43,430 nt of DNA from Actinomycetota bacterium. Its GTDB lineage: Bacteria > Actinomycetota > Acidimicrobiia > IMCC26256 > PALSA-610. The position numbers and the translations under genes were made by a program. The notes under the pieces were generated by a model, which was not told the origin of the DNA, made no database searches, and was given only the letters and a program-made list of their open reading frames with translations. This document shows, piece after piece, positions 16,021 to 24,785 of the stretch. The stretch spans positions 1 through 43,430 of the forward strand of contig DAIQOP010000002.1 in the NCBI GenBank assembly GCA_036787815.1. The letters are read 5' to 3'. Positions within the stretch are counted from its first letter, which is position 1. Each line of letters opens with the position of its first letter.

Positions 16021-16743
16021 ATGAGTGACATCGCCGCGCCGCACGACGAGCACCTCGACGAGCACCTCGGCGAGCAAGAGCACGAGGTCGACGTCACGGG
16101 CGACCTCCAGGCCATCGAGCGCGAGCTGTGCCGGCTGCCCGACGTCTCGGTGGCGCGACTGGTCGCCGACTCTGCGGGTCGCATCATCGAGGCCCACATC
16201 ATCGCGACCACGACGAAGCATCCGAAGCAGATCGCGCGCGACGTGCAGTCGGTGGCGCTGGCCGAGTTCGGTCTCGAGATCGATCGTCGGGTCGTGTCGG
16301 TCGTGCAACTCGGCGGGGGCGAGCTCGCGCTCCCGGTGGAGGAGACCGGCGACTTCCGCCCGTCGATCGTGTCGATCCAGGCCGAGGCCAACGGCCTGCG
16401 CAGCCTGGTCCGCGTCACGCTCGGCAACGACAACAGCGAAGCGGTCGGCAACGCGTCGGGTTCGATCGCCACCACTGCGCGGCACCGCCTCGTGGCCAAC
16501 GCGACCGTCGATGCCCTGCGGCGCCTCAACCCGGCGGCGGAATGCCTCGACGTCGAGCACGCGCAGGTCGTGCGGGTCGGCGCCTCCGACGTCGCCGTCG
16601 TCACCATCGTGTTCGTCGCACCGCCGGCCGAGCAGGTCGTGTCGGGCTCGGCGATCGTGCGGGCGAACCAGGAGGCCGACGCGGTCGCCCGAGCCGTGCT
16701 CGACGCGACGAACCGCCGCCTCCCCCACGTCGTCACCGGCTGA
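16021..16743 (+). CDS. hypothetical protein, acidic His/Glu-rich N-terminus plus two alpha/beta-looking modules
   Basis: C-terminal 240 codons of track ORF 15196..16743(+), starting MSDIAAPHDEHLDEHLGEQEHEV. No catalytic motif recognised. The C-terminal module loosely resembles small regulatory alpha/beta domains, which is an unverified impression. Confidence 0.75.
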   Translation: MSDIAAPHDEHLDEHLGEQEHEVDVTGDLQAIERELCRLPDVSVARLVADSAGRIIEAHIIATTTKHPKQIARDVQSVALAEFGLEIDRRVVSVVQLGGGELALPVEETGDFRPSIVSIQAEANGLRSLVRVTLGNDNSEAVGNASGSIATTARHRLVANATVDALRRLNPAAECLDVEHAQVVRVGASDVAVVTIVFVAPPAEQVVSGSAIVRANQEADAVARAVLDATNRRLPHVVTG

Positions 16744-16785
16744 ACGGGGGTCCCGGCGGAGGCGAGACCGCTCCCCGACGCGCCC

Positions 16786-16791
16786 TAACGT
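16786..16791 (+). promoter_or_regulatory. candidate -10 box TAACGT, 6 nt before GTG 16798 (leaderless-type)
   Basis: The sequence reads CCCTAACGTCGGGGTGTG. Confidence 0.35.
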
Positions 16792-16797
16792 CGGGGT

Positions 16798-17895
16798 GTG
16801 GCACCCGTCGCATCCCTCGTGTCGTTCCGCCTCGGTGGCGACGACGGCGTCTCGGTCGAGAGCAGGAAGTGGGCGGGCGCGCTTGCCGAGCTCGGCTTCG
16901 ACGTACGCCAGGTGGCCGGAGAGCTGGCGGGACCGATCGGCGACGACGACCTCGTCGTGCCCGGTCTCGCCATGGAGGACGCGTCCGGCGCCCCCTCCGC
17001 CGAAGCCATCGCCGCCGCCATCGACGGGAGCGACCTGGTCGTGGTCGAGAACGTGTGCTCGCTCCCGGTGAACCCGGTGGCATCACGGGCCGTCGCCGCC
17101 GCGCTCGGCGCGCACCGGGGTCGGGTGGTCCTGCATCACCACGACCTGCCGTGGCAGCGCGCGCGCTCCGAATACCACGAGCTCGAGCAGGAGTTCCCGC
17201 CCCGCATCGACGGTGCGCTGCACGTCACCATCAATCATCGTTCCCGCCGCGAGCTCGCCGCCCGCGGCTACGACGGCGCGGTCACGGTCCACAACCGCTT
17301 CGATCTCGACCCACCGACCGATCCGCCGCTCCGTGACGAGACGCGCGACACGCTCGGCTTCGACGCCGACGACGTCGTGCTCCTGCAACCCGCGCGCGCG
17401 ATCGAACGGAAGAACGTGCCCGGCGGTGTGCGCTACGCCGCCGACCTCCAGCGCGCGTTGCCCGATCGCACGGTGCGTTACTGGCTCTCGGGCCCGGCCG
17501 AGCTCGGCTACGGACCGACCCTCGAGCGCGTGCTCGAGAAGTCGACGGTGCCCGCGACGGTGGGTCGCGCGCACACGGCCGCCGACGCGTACGCCGCGTG
17601 CGACGCGGTCGTGTTCCCGTCGACATGGGAGGGGTTCGGGAACCCGACCATCGAGTCGATCGCCGCGCGCCGACCGCTGGCCGCGTTCCACTACCCCGTG
17701 CTGCACGAGATCACCGCGTACGGGCTGCGCTTCTTCGAGCTCGACGACGCACCGGGGCTGGCGCGATTCATTCGCGATCCCGACGAGCGACTCCTCGACA
17801 CGAACCTCCGCCGGGCCCGCACCGCCTTCTCGATCGAGGAGCTGCCGGCGGCGATCGATGCCGCGTTCAACGCGCACGGGTGGTTGGCCTGGTGA
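16798..17895 (+). CDS. GT-B fold glycosyltransferase, family 4-like
   Basis: 365 aa. The C-terminal motif FPSTWEGFGNPTIESIAARRPLA matches the E-x-F-G...E signature of GT4 enzymes. The acceptor and donor are unknown. Confidence 0.85.
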   Translation: MAPVASLVSFRLGGDDGVSVESRKWAGALAELGFDVRQVAGELAGPIGDDDLVVPGLAMEDASGAPSAEAIAAAIDGSDLVVVENVCSLPVNPVASRAVAAALGAHRGRVVLHHHDLPWQRARSEYHELEQEFPPRIDGALHVTINHRSRRELAARGYDGAVTVHNRFDLDPPTDPPLRDETRDTLGFDADDVVLLQPARAIERKNVPGGVRYAADLQRALPDRTVRYWLSGPAELGYGPTLERVLEKSTVPATVGRAHTAADAYAACDAVVFPSTWEGFGNPTIESIAARRPLAAFHYPVLHEITAYGLRFFELDDAPGLARFIRDPDERLLDTNLRRARTAFSIEELPAAIDAAFNAHGWLAW

Positions 17896-18191
17896 GCGAC
17901 GACCCGGTTCTGGCCCGCCGCGCCCGGGTCGCACGCCTCGCGCAGGCCGCGCAACGCGTGGGCTACGGGTTCCTCCTGCTGTCGATGGTCGCGTTCGGTG
18001 TCGGCGCGGCGACGAGCTTCCCCGGTTACACGGTGACGACGTCGATCGTCGGCCTCATCGCGGCCTGCGTGATCCTGCCCGTTCCCATCATCCTCGGCTA
18101 CGGAGTCCGCGCGGCCGACCGCGACGAGCGGAAGGCCGCGCAGGCGGAGCGGCGAGCGAAAGCAAAGCCACCCGGCCCACCACCCGAGTGA
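17892..18191 (+). CDS. small 2-TM membrane protein (99 aa), hypothetical
   Basis: Tail of track ORF 17598..18191(+). GTG 17892 overlaps the glycosyltransferase stop (GTGA). Two hydrophobic helices (GYGFLLLSMVAFGVGAA, IVGLIAACVILPVPIILGYG) and a Lys/Arg/Ala-rich tail. Confidence 0.65.
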   Translation: MSDDPVLARRARVARLAQAAQRVGYGFLLLSMVAFGVGAATSFPGYTVTTSIVGLIAACVILPVPIILGYGVRAADRDERKAAQAERRAKAKPPGPPPE

Positions 18192-18297
18192 GAGGCAAGC
18201 GAGCGCGACCATAAGGATCGAACGCGCAACCAGGGCGCGCCCACGGACGCCCGGCCGCGCGCGAGGACCGGATGCGGCGGGGGCGAAACGGCCGTCG

Positions 18298-18303
18298 TAC
18301 GAT
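18298..18303 (+). promoter_or_regulatory. candidate -10 box TACGAT, 7 nt before ATG 18311 (leaderless-type)
   Basis: The sequence reads GTCGTACGATCGAGCACATG. Confidence 0.4.
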
Positions 18304-18310
18304 CGAGCAC

Positions 18311-19327
18311 ATGCGCTATCGGAATTTCGGGAAGAGCGATCTCGTCGTCTCCGAGGTCGGGTTCGGTACCTGGACACTGGCGAGCGACTGGTGGGGCCAC
18401 GTCGACGAACCCGACAAGCTGCTCCACGCCGCGCTCGAGGCCGGCATCACGTTCATCGACACCGCGCCGGTCTACGGGGCCGACGCCATCGGCGAGACGA
18501 TGCTGGCACCGCTGCTCGCGCGGCACCGCGACGAGCTCGTGCTCACCACCAAGTGCGGCTACGACCTCAACGTCGCCCGCCGCGGCCCGAGCCAGCGCGA
18601 GCAGCCGCACGACTGGACGCCCGCCGCGGTGCGCTCCCAGCTCGAGGAGTCGCTGACCCGGCTCGGCACCGACCGCATCGACCTGTATCAGCTGCACAAC
18701 GCGCGCATCGAGCCGGTGCTCGACGACGACCTGTGGGCCGAGCTGGAGGCGCTGCGGGCCGAGGGCAAGGTGCGCGAGCTCGGCGTCGCGCTCGGCCCGG
18801 CCATCGGGTGGGTCGAGGAGGGCATCCGCGCCGTCGACGACCGACCGATCGTCTCGCTCCAGACCGTCTTCAACGTGATCGAGCAGGAGCCCGGGCTCAC
18901 GTTCGCGGCGCGGCCGCGCGTCGCGGCCGGTGAGTGCGGCCTCATCTCGCGTGTGCCGCACGCCTCCGACACGCTGACGGGCAAGGTCACGCCCGACACC
19001 GTGTTCAAGCCACCGGACCATCGCGCCCACCGCAACCGCGACAACATGCTCGACAACTTCGAGAAGGCCGCGACGCTCGCGTTCCTGTGGGAACCCGAGA
19101 CCGGCCGCACGATCGGTCAGGCCGCGGTCGCCGGCATCCTCGCGAACCCCGCCTTCACGACGGTGCTCCCGACGGTCGTCAGCGTCGAGGAGATCGAGGA
19201 ATACGCGGCGGCCAGCGATCTTCCGCTCACCGAGGCCGAGCACCGCACGGTCGACGAGCTCTTCGACCGCAACTTCGACCACACCGACCGCTTCGTGATG
19301 CCGTTGAAGTCGAGCACCGGCAGCTGA
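18311..19327 (+). CDS. aldo/keto reductase
   Basis: MRYRNFGKSDLVVSEVGFGTWTL...GITFIDTAPVYG is the typical AKR N-terminus. The internal ATG 18311 of track ORF 18272..19327 was chosen. Confidence 0.9.
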   Translation: MRYRNFGKSDLVVSEVGFGTWTLASDWWGHVDEPDKLLHAALEAGITFIDTAPVYGADAIGETMLAPLLARHRDELVLTTKCGYDLNVARRGPSQREQPHDWTPAAVRSQLEESLTRLGTDRIDLYQLHNARIEPVLDDDLWAELEALRAEGKVRELGVALGPAIGWVEEGIRAVDDRPIVSLQTVFNVIEQEPGLTFAARPRVAAGECGLISRVPHASDTLTGKVTPDTVFKPPDHRAHRNRDNMLDNFEKAATLAFLWEPETGRTIGQAAVAGILANPAFTTVLPTVVSVEEIEEYAAASDLPLTEAEHRTVDELFDRNFDHTDRFVMPLKSSTGS

Positions 19328-19337
19328 CGGTCGGCGC

Positions 19338-19700
19338 TCAGTCCTCCGCGGTCACGAAGCAGAACTCGTTGCCTTCGGGATCGTGGAGCACCTGGTAGCT
19401 GCCGTTCGATTCGGCGACGACCGCGCCGAGGGCCGTCGCACCAATGGCGACGGCCGCGGCGGTGGGCGCCGCCAGGTCGTCGACCAGCAGATCGACGTGC
19501 ACGCGGTTCTTCACGGCCTTCGATTCCGGAACCGGCTGGAACGCGAGGCGCCCGCCTTCGGGGGTCCGCTCGAGCGCGACCCACGTGGGGTCGCGGTACG
19601 CGACACCGACCCCGAGCAGCTCGCCCCAGAATCGGGCGAGACGTTCGGGGTCGGCGCAGTCCAAGACGATGGTCGAGAGGACCGGGCGCGGCGAACCCAC
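19338..19700 (-). CDS. VOC/glyoxalase-like domain protein
   Basis: 120 aa. IVLDCADPERLARFWGELLG...VHVDLLVDD...HDPEGNEFC is typical of the glyoxalase-like domain family. GTG start. Confidence 0.85.
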   Translation of the reverse strand: MGSPRPVLSTIVLDCADPERLARFWGELLGVGVAYRDPTWVALERTPEGGRLAFQPVPESKAVKNRVHVDLLVDDLAAPTAAAVAIGATALGAVVAESNGSYQVLHDPEGNEFCFVTAED

Positions 19701-19705
19701 CGGGG

Positions 19706-19819
19706 TTAGCGGGCCTTGCGCTGGTCGCGCGCCTCGCGGGCGTCACGACGGTCCCGCGAGCGCGCGGCCTCGCGGCGGAGATCTTCAGCCTTGGCATTGG
19801 CGAACAACAGGTACAACAT
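19706..19819 (-). CDS. candidate 37-aa ORF (not in track): short hydrophobic head plus highly charged tail
   Basis: My translation is MLYLLFANAKAEDLRREAARSRDRRDAREARDQRKAR. GAAGGA lies 9 nt upstream of the ATG, 31 of 37 codons end in G/C, and the stop is 5 nt before the VOC start. I know of no homolog. Confidence 0.35.
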   Translation of the reverse strand: MLYLLFANAKAEDLRREAARSRDRRDAREARDQRKAR

Positions 19820-19905
19820 CACTTCACGTCCTTCTCGCACTTCGGTGGATGTCACCACTAAAGAGGATACACCGGTGTCGGGAATAATGCAACCGGCAAA
19901 ATCGG

Positions 19906-19911
19906 TACAGT
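19906..19911 (+). promoter_or_regulatory. candidate -10 box TACAGT, 6 nt before GTG 19918 (leaderless-type)
   Basis: The sequence reads GGTACAGTGGTGTTGTG, inside a locally AT-richer 98-bp divergent gap. Confidence 0.4.
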
Positions 19912-19917
19912 GGTGTT

Positions 19918-20508
19918 GTGAGTAGATCGACCGGCACGGTCTCCCTGCCGAACGAGCTCGAGCTGCCGCTCGCGTTCGTGAACACCCTCGACGTCGAAGA
20001 AGCGCGCGACGAGTTCGGGAACGCCGAGGCGCTCGGGAGCTGGCTCGCGGCCCGCGGCCTCGTCGCCCGGGGCACGAGGGTCTCCCGGCGGGAGCTGGCC
20101 CTGGCCATCGAGCTGCGCGACGCGCTGCGCCGCACCTTCCTCGCCCACGGCGGCCTCCCGTTGCCGAGCAACGAGCTCGACGCCGTCAACCGGGTGCTCG
20201 CCCGCGTGCCGCTCGACGTGCAGGTCGACGCGACCGGCACCCCCCGGATCGAGCCCCGCGGCGACGGCATCGCGGCCGTCCTCGCCCGGGTGGTGTGCGA
20301 CATGACCCGGGCCCGCACCCTCGGCACCTGGGACCGACTCAAGCTGTGCCCGGCCGAAGACTGCCTCTGGGCCTTCTACGACTCCTCGAAGAACCGCTCC
20401 CGCCGCTGGTGCTCGATGGACGTCTGCGGAAACCGGACGAAGACGCGTGAATACCGCCGCCGCCGAGCCGCCGGAGCCAACAAGGGACCGGGCACCACCC
20501 CCGGGTAA
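19918..20508 (+). CDS. CGNR zinc-finger domain protein (ABATE N-domain plus zf-CGNR)
   Basis: C-terminal CPAEDCLWAFYDSSKNRSRRWCSMDVCGNRTKTREYRRR contains the CGNR signature. Confidence 0.9.
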   Translation: MSRSTGTVSLPNELELPLAFVNTLDVEEARDEFGNAEALGSWLAARGLVARGTRVSRRELALAIELRDALRRTFLAHGGLPLPSNELDAVNRVLARVPLDVQVDATGTPRIEPRGDGIAAVLARVVCDMTRARTLGTWDRLKLCPAEDCLWAFYDSSKNRSRRWCSMDVCGNRTKTREYRRRRAAGANKGPGTTPG

Positions 20509-20520
20509 TGTCACGCCTTC

Positions 20521-21132
20521 ATGCGCCTGCCGGCTGAGCAACGCCGCCGCCAACTGCTCGATGTCGCGCTCGACATCTTCGCGGAGCGCGGGTTCCACAG
20601 CACCTCGATGGACGAGGTCGCGCTCGCGGCCGGGGTGACGAAACCGGTCCTCTACCAACATTTCCCGTCGAAGCGCGCGCTCTACGTCGAGTTGCTCGAA
20701 GACGTCGGCAACCAGCTGCTCGCGAGGCTCACGAGCGCGACCGACCGCGCCAGCACCGGCCGCCAGCGTGTCGAAGACGGCTTCAGCGCGTACTTCCGCT
20801 TCGTCGACGGGAACCGCAGCGCCTTCCGGCTGCTCTTCGGCGCGTCGGTGCGCAACGACCCCGAGTTCGCCGTGGTCGCCGACCGGTTCATCGACCACGC
20901 GACCGCGGTCGTCTCCACGCTGATCGAGATCCCGGTGCCGAAGGAGCATCGCCTCATGCTCGCCAACGCGCTCGTGGGGATCGCCGAGGCGACGAGCCGG
21001 CGCTCGCTCGTGGGCGGCGACGGTGTCGACGCCGAACGGCTTGCAGCCTGGATCGCCGAGTTCGCGTGGTTCGGCCTCCGCGGCGTGCGCGCCGGCGACG
21101 ACGTCGCGACCTCGATGCCCGGCCCGCGCTGA
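20521..21132 (+). CDS. TetR/AcrR family transcriptional regulator
   Basis: N-terminal HTH RRRQLLDVALDIFAERGFHSTSMDEVALAAGVTKPVLYQHFPSKRALY. Confidence 0.92.
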   Translation: MRLPAEQRRRQLLDVALDIFAERGFHSTSMDEVALAAGVTKPVLYQHFPSKRALYVELLEDVGNQLLARLTSATDRASTGRQRVEDGFSAYFRFVDGNRSAFRLLFGASVRNDPEFAVVADRFIDHATAVVSTLIEIPVPKEHRLMLANALVGIAEATSRRSLVGGDGVDAERLAAWIAEFAWFGLRGVRAGDDVATSMPGPR

Positions 21133-21146
21133 CGCGGGACCGCATC

Positions 21147-22103
21147 TCAGTGCTTGCTCAGGCGTACCCGGCGCACGGCGTGATCGGGGCCCTTCTCGAG
21201 CACCAGGTGCGCGCGTGATCGGGTCGGCGCGACGTTCTCGCGCAGGTTGACCGCGTTGATCTCGCGCCAGACCGCGTCGGCGACCGCCGTGGCCTCCGAC
21301 TCGTCGAGCCGGCTGAAGTGGTGGAAGAACGACCGCTCGTCGACAAAGGCCGTCTCGCACAGCGTGAGGAAGCGCGAGATGTACCAGCGGCGGATGTCGT
21401 CCTCGTCGGCATCGACGTAGATCGAGAAGTCGAAGAAGTCGGAGACGAACTGCTCTTCGCGCCCGGCGCGCGACGGCGGCACCTGCAACACGTTGAGCCC
21501 CTCGACGATGACGATGTCGGGTGAGGCGACGACGATCTCCTCGCCGTCGACGACGTCGTAGATCCGGTGCGAGTACACGGGCGCGCAGACGCGCGGCTCC
21601 CCCGCCTTGAGCTCGGCGAGGAAGCGCAGGAGCGCACGCACGTCGTAGCTCTCGGGAAATCCCTTCCGGGCCCCGAGGCCCCGGGCGTCGAGCACCGAGT
21701 TCGGCAGGAGGAAGCCGTCGGTGGTGACGAGGTCGACGCGCGGATGGTCCGGCCAGCGCGCGAGCAGCGCCTGCAACACGCGCGCGATGGTGCTCTTGCC
21801 CACCGCGACGCTGCCCGCGATGCCGATGATGAACGGCACCCGCTCCGCGTCACGGCCGAGGAAGCGGTTCGTCACCGCGAACAGATCGCGCGACGCGGCC
21901 ACCGAGATGTTCAGGAGCCGCGAGAGCGGCAGGTACACGTCGGTCACCTCGGCGAGGGGCATGTGCTCGCCCACCCCGCGTAGCTCGTCGAGGTCGGCGT
22001 CGTCGAGCGTGAGCGGCGTGGCCGACCGCAGCCGGCTCCACTCCTGCCGGCTGAAGTCGAGGTACGGCGAATGCGGCTCGCCCACCTCGTTCGCCGGTTC
22101 CAT
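21147..22103 (-). CDS. coaA: type I pantothenate kinase
   Basis: 318 aa. P-loop [35 protein letters not shown] and the overall CoaA layout. Confidence 0.93.
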   Translation of the reverse strand: MEPANEVGEPHSPYLDFSRQEWSRLRSATPLTLDDADLDELRGVGEHMPLAEVTDVYLPLSRLLNISVAASRDLFAVTNRFLGRDAERVPFIIGIAGSVAVGKSTIARVLQALLARWPDHPRVDLVTTDGFLLPNSVLDARGLGARKGFPESYDVRALLRFLAELKAGEPRVCAPVYSHRIYDVVDGEEIVVASPDIVIVEGLNVLQVPPSRAGREEQFVSDFFDFSIYVDADEDDIRRWYISRFLTLCETAFVDERSFFHHFSRLDESEATAVADAVWREINAVNLRENVAPTRSRAHLVLEKGPDHAVRRVRLSKH

Positions 22104-22122
22104 GGGCGTGAGCGTAGGCGGG

Positions 22123-23313
22123 CTATCCGAGATCGCGGCCGACGACCGACACGAACGAGACCATCTCGCCCGGGTAGCCGCCCAGATTGTGGGTGAGCGC
22201 GAGGGGCCGATCGTTCGTGATCTGGCGCTCGTCCGGCGCTTCGCGGCGCAGCTGCAACCAGCACTCGAACAGCATGCGCAGGCCCGACGCGCCGACGGGG
22301 TGGCCGAAGCTCTTGAGCCCGCCGTCGGGGTTCACCGGCAGCTCTCCGTGCAGGTCGAAGGAGCCCGCGAGGATCTCCTTCCAGGCCGTGCCCCGCTCCG
22401 CGAAGCCCAGGTCTTCCATGAGCACGAGCTCGGTCGGCGTGAAGCAGTCGTGCACCTCGGCCATCGCGAGCTGGTGGCGAGGGTCGGTGATGCCGGCCTG
22501 CGCGTACGCGTCGAGCGCGCTGGCCTCCACCTCGGGGAAGTGCGTGTAGTCGTACTCGGGATCGATGAGCCCCGAACCGTTGCCCGCGACGAGCGCGAGG
22601 GCCTTCAGGTACAGCGGCTTGTCGGTGTAGCGGAGCGCGTCTTCCGCGCGCACGACGATCGCCGCGGCCGCGCCGTCGGCCACCCCTGCGCAGTCGAGGA
22701 TGCCGAGCGGGCCCGCGACGAGCGGCGAGTTGCAGATGGTCTCGCGGCTCATCTCGCGCCGGAACTGCGCGCGCGGGTTGCGGGCGCCGTTGTAGTGGTT
22801 CTTCCACGCGATGCGGCCGAGCACGTCTTTGATCTCCGTGTCGTCGACGCCGTACTTCTTCGCGTACGCCGGTGCGACCATGCTGAACATCGCCGCCGCG
22901 GTGAGCGTGCGCGCGGTGCCGTCGTTGGGCACCGGGAACGCGTTGAGCCCGGCGTAGCCGCTGTCTTTCACCTTCTCGGCGCCGACGGCCATGGCCATGT
23001 CGTAGGCGCCCGATGCCACCGCGTACGCGGCCTGGCGCAGAGCGTCGGAGCCGGTCGCGCAGAAGTTCTCGACCCGGGTGACGGGCTTGCCGTCGAGCTG
23101 GAGCGGGCGCGCGAGCGACATGCCGCTCATCGCGCTCTGCGCGGTACCGAACCAGTACGCGTCGACGACGTCTTTGTCGACACCGGCGCCGGAGAACGCC
23201 TGGTTCGACGCGTCGACGATGAGGTCGTCGAGACCCTGGTCGAAACGCTCACCGAACGCCGTGCAACCCATGCCGACGATCGCGACCTTGTCCTTGATGC
23301 CGTGCGAACCCAT
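22123..23313 (-). CDS. SCP-x/lipid-transfer-protein type thiolase
   Basis: 396 aa. [14 protein letters not shown], nucleophile Cys in [21 protein letters not shown], and [12 protein letters not shown]. Confidence 0.9.
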   Translation of the reverse strand: MGSHGIKDKVAIVGMGCTAFGERFDQGLDDLIVDASNQAFSGAGVDKDVVDAYWFGTAQSAMSGMSLARPLQLDGKPVTRVENFCATGSDALRQAAYAVASGAYDMAMAVGAEKVKDSGYAGLNAFPVPNDGTARTLTAAAMFSMVAPAYAKKYGVDDTEIKDVLGRIAWKNHYNGARNPRAQFRREMSRETICNSPLVAGPLGILDCAGVADGAAAAIVVRAEDALRYTDKPLYLKALALVAGNGSGLIDPEYDYTHFPEVEASALDAYAQAGITDPRHQLAMAEVHDCFTPTELVLMEDLGFAERGTAWKEILAGSFDLHGELPVNPDGGLKSFGHPVGASGLRMLFECWLQLRREAPDERQITNDRPLALTHNLGGYPGEMVSFVSVVGRDLG

Positions 23314-23325
23314 CGTGGAGGCTCC

Positions 23326-24735
23326 TCACGCGCGCACGGGGCGCGCCTTCCAGAAGTAGTCGTGAATCCCGTCGGCGGTGAAGAGGCGGCGGAAGGTCAT
23401 CTCGACGCGGTCGCCGATGTGTACGTCGGCCGGGTCGACATCGGTGAGCTCGACCGGGAAGCGGCCACCCCCGTCGAAGTCGACGACCGCGAACACGATC
23501 GGCGGGCTCGGCGAGTACGCGAGCTTGTCGATCGTGAACGTGACGATCGTCGCGGCGACGTCGGCCATGGGCACCGCGTCCATGTCGTCGAGCGCGCCGC
23601 CGTCCATCGAGACGCGCGCGGGCGGGAGATGGAGCGCGCCGCTGGTGCGGTCCCGGGAGGCGACGAACCCGAACTTCCAGTCCTCGGAGCGACCGGCGGC
23701 CGATGCCGACACGCGTGCCGGCTCCGGGCGGCGCGGCGGCTCGACGGTCGCCATGCCCCGCCACGAGAGGAACTTGCCGTAGAGCAGCTCGCCGCCGGCC
23801 GCAACCTGGTGGGCGATCGACCGGGCCGGTGTGTACGAGGCGATCGCGTCGGTGGTGCGGAAGAGCAGCACGTCGGCGCCGTCCGCGAGCACGACGACGG
23901 CAAGCACCTGGCCGGGCGTCGCGGTCTCGAGCATGTGGGTGAGGAGCAGGGCGGGGTCGGCGGTCGCCGTGTTGCCGACGGTTGCCGAGAGATCCTCGAT
24001 CAGCACACCGTCGCCGACGCCGAGCTTGCGGCCGAGCGCCTTGACCGCCCGTGCATGCATGCCGGTGACGGCGACCCGGTCGACTTGCGCCGGGGTGAGC
24101 CCCGTCGCCTTCAGCGCACCGCTCCACGCCTGCTCCGCGAGCGGCAGGTACTTCGTCTCGCCGAAGCGTTCCTCCCACATCCTCGACCGGGTCTCGCCCG
24201 GCGTGCGCCACCGGTCGACGAACTCCTCCGTCGCCGCACCCGCACCGAGATACTCGGCGATCAGGGGCGCACCGGCGCGCTCGCCGTCGCCGACGAGCAC
24301 CGCCGCGGCGCCGTCGCCACCGGACGACTCGTCGGCGCTCGTCGGGAGGCCCGTGCGCATGTCGGACGCCACGACCAGCACCGTGGCTCCGCTCTCGAGT
24401 CCGACCCGCAGCGCGCCGGGCCCCGAACGCACGGCCCCGCCCATGTCGAGGGCGACGCGATCGCCGGGCAGGCGCAGCGCCGCGTGGATCGCGGTCGCGT
24501 TGGTCTTGTCGAGGTAGGCCGGGCTGGCGGTCGCGAACCAGAGCGCGTCGGGTTGCACGTCGCGACCCCGCAGCGCCAACCGCGCCGCCTCGACACCCAT
24601 CGTGGTGGTGTCCTCGTCGTACGACGCGACCGAACGGCTGCCCTTGCCACCCCCGGTGCCGAACGTCTTGGCGACCTCGGCGCGCGCCAACCTCCGGAAC
24701 GGTATGTATCCCCCGCAACTGATGATCCCTCGCAC
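23326..24735 (-). CDS. HMG-CoA synthase-like domain fused to a C-terminal DUF35 OB-fold domain; catalytic Cys and Glu substituted
   Basis: 469 aa, GTG start. HMGS-family landmarks GGYIPFRRL, SVASYDEDTTTMGVEAAR, LVVASD, GDGAAAVLVG and VGNTATA. The ESxxD position reads ATASPAYLDK, and the AC(Y/K)xG nucleophile position reads GGAVRSG. The C-terminus VFAVVDFDGGGRFPVELTDVDPADVHIGDRVEMTFRR is DUF35-like with no zinc-ribbon cysteines. Confidence 0.85.
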   Translation of the reverse strand: MRGIISCGGYIPFRRLARAEVAKTFGTGGGKGSRSVASYDEDTTTMGVEAARLALRGRDVQPDALWFATASPAYLDKTNATAIHAALRLPGDRVALDMGGAVRSGPGALRVGLESGATVLVVASDMRTGLPTSADESSGGDGAAAVLVGDGERAGAPLIAEYLGAGAATEEFVDRWRTPGETRSRMWEERFGETKYLPLAEQAWSGALKATGLTPAQVDRVAVTGMHARAVKALGRKLGVGDGVLIEDLSATVGNTATADPALLLTHMLETATPGQVLAVVVLADGADVLLFRTTDAIASYTPARSIAHQVAAGGELLYGKFLSWRGMATVEPPRRPEPARVSASAAGRSEDWKFGFVASRDRTSGALHLPPARVSMDGGALDDMDAVPMADVAATIVTFTIDKLAYSPSPPIVFAVVDFDGGGRFPVELTDVDPADVHIGDRVEMTFRRLFTADGIHDYFWKARPVRA

Positions 24736-24743
24736 GGCGGCGC

Positions 24744-24749
24744 AGTCTA
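24744..24749 (-). promoter_or_regulatory. candidate -10 box TAGACT, 8 nt before GTG 24735 (leaderless-type)
   Basis: The minus strand reads CTCCTAGACTGCGCCGCCGTG. Confidence 0.35.
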
Positions 24750-24771
24750 GGAGCGCCGGAGCACCCGCCCC

Positions 24772-24777
24772 TAGAGT
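24772..24777 (+). promoter_or_regulatory. candidate -10 box TAGAGT, 8 nt before GTG 24786 (leaderless-type)
   Basis: The sequence reads CCCTAGAGTGACCGGTCGTG. It sits back to back with the minus-strand box 22 bp away in a 50-bp divergent gap. Confidence 0.35.
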
Positions 24778-24785
24778 GACCGGTC

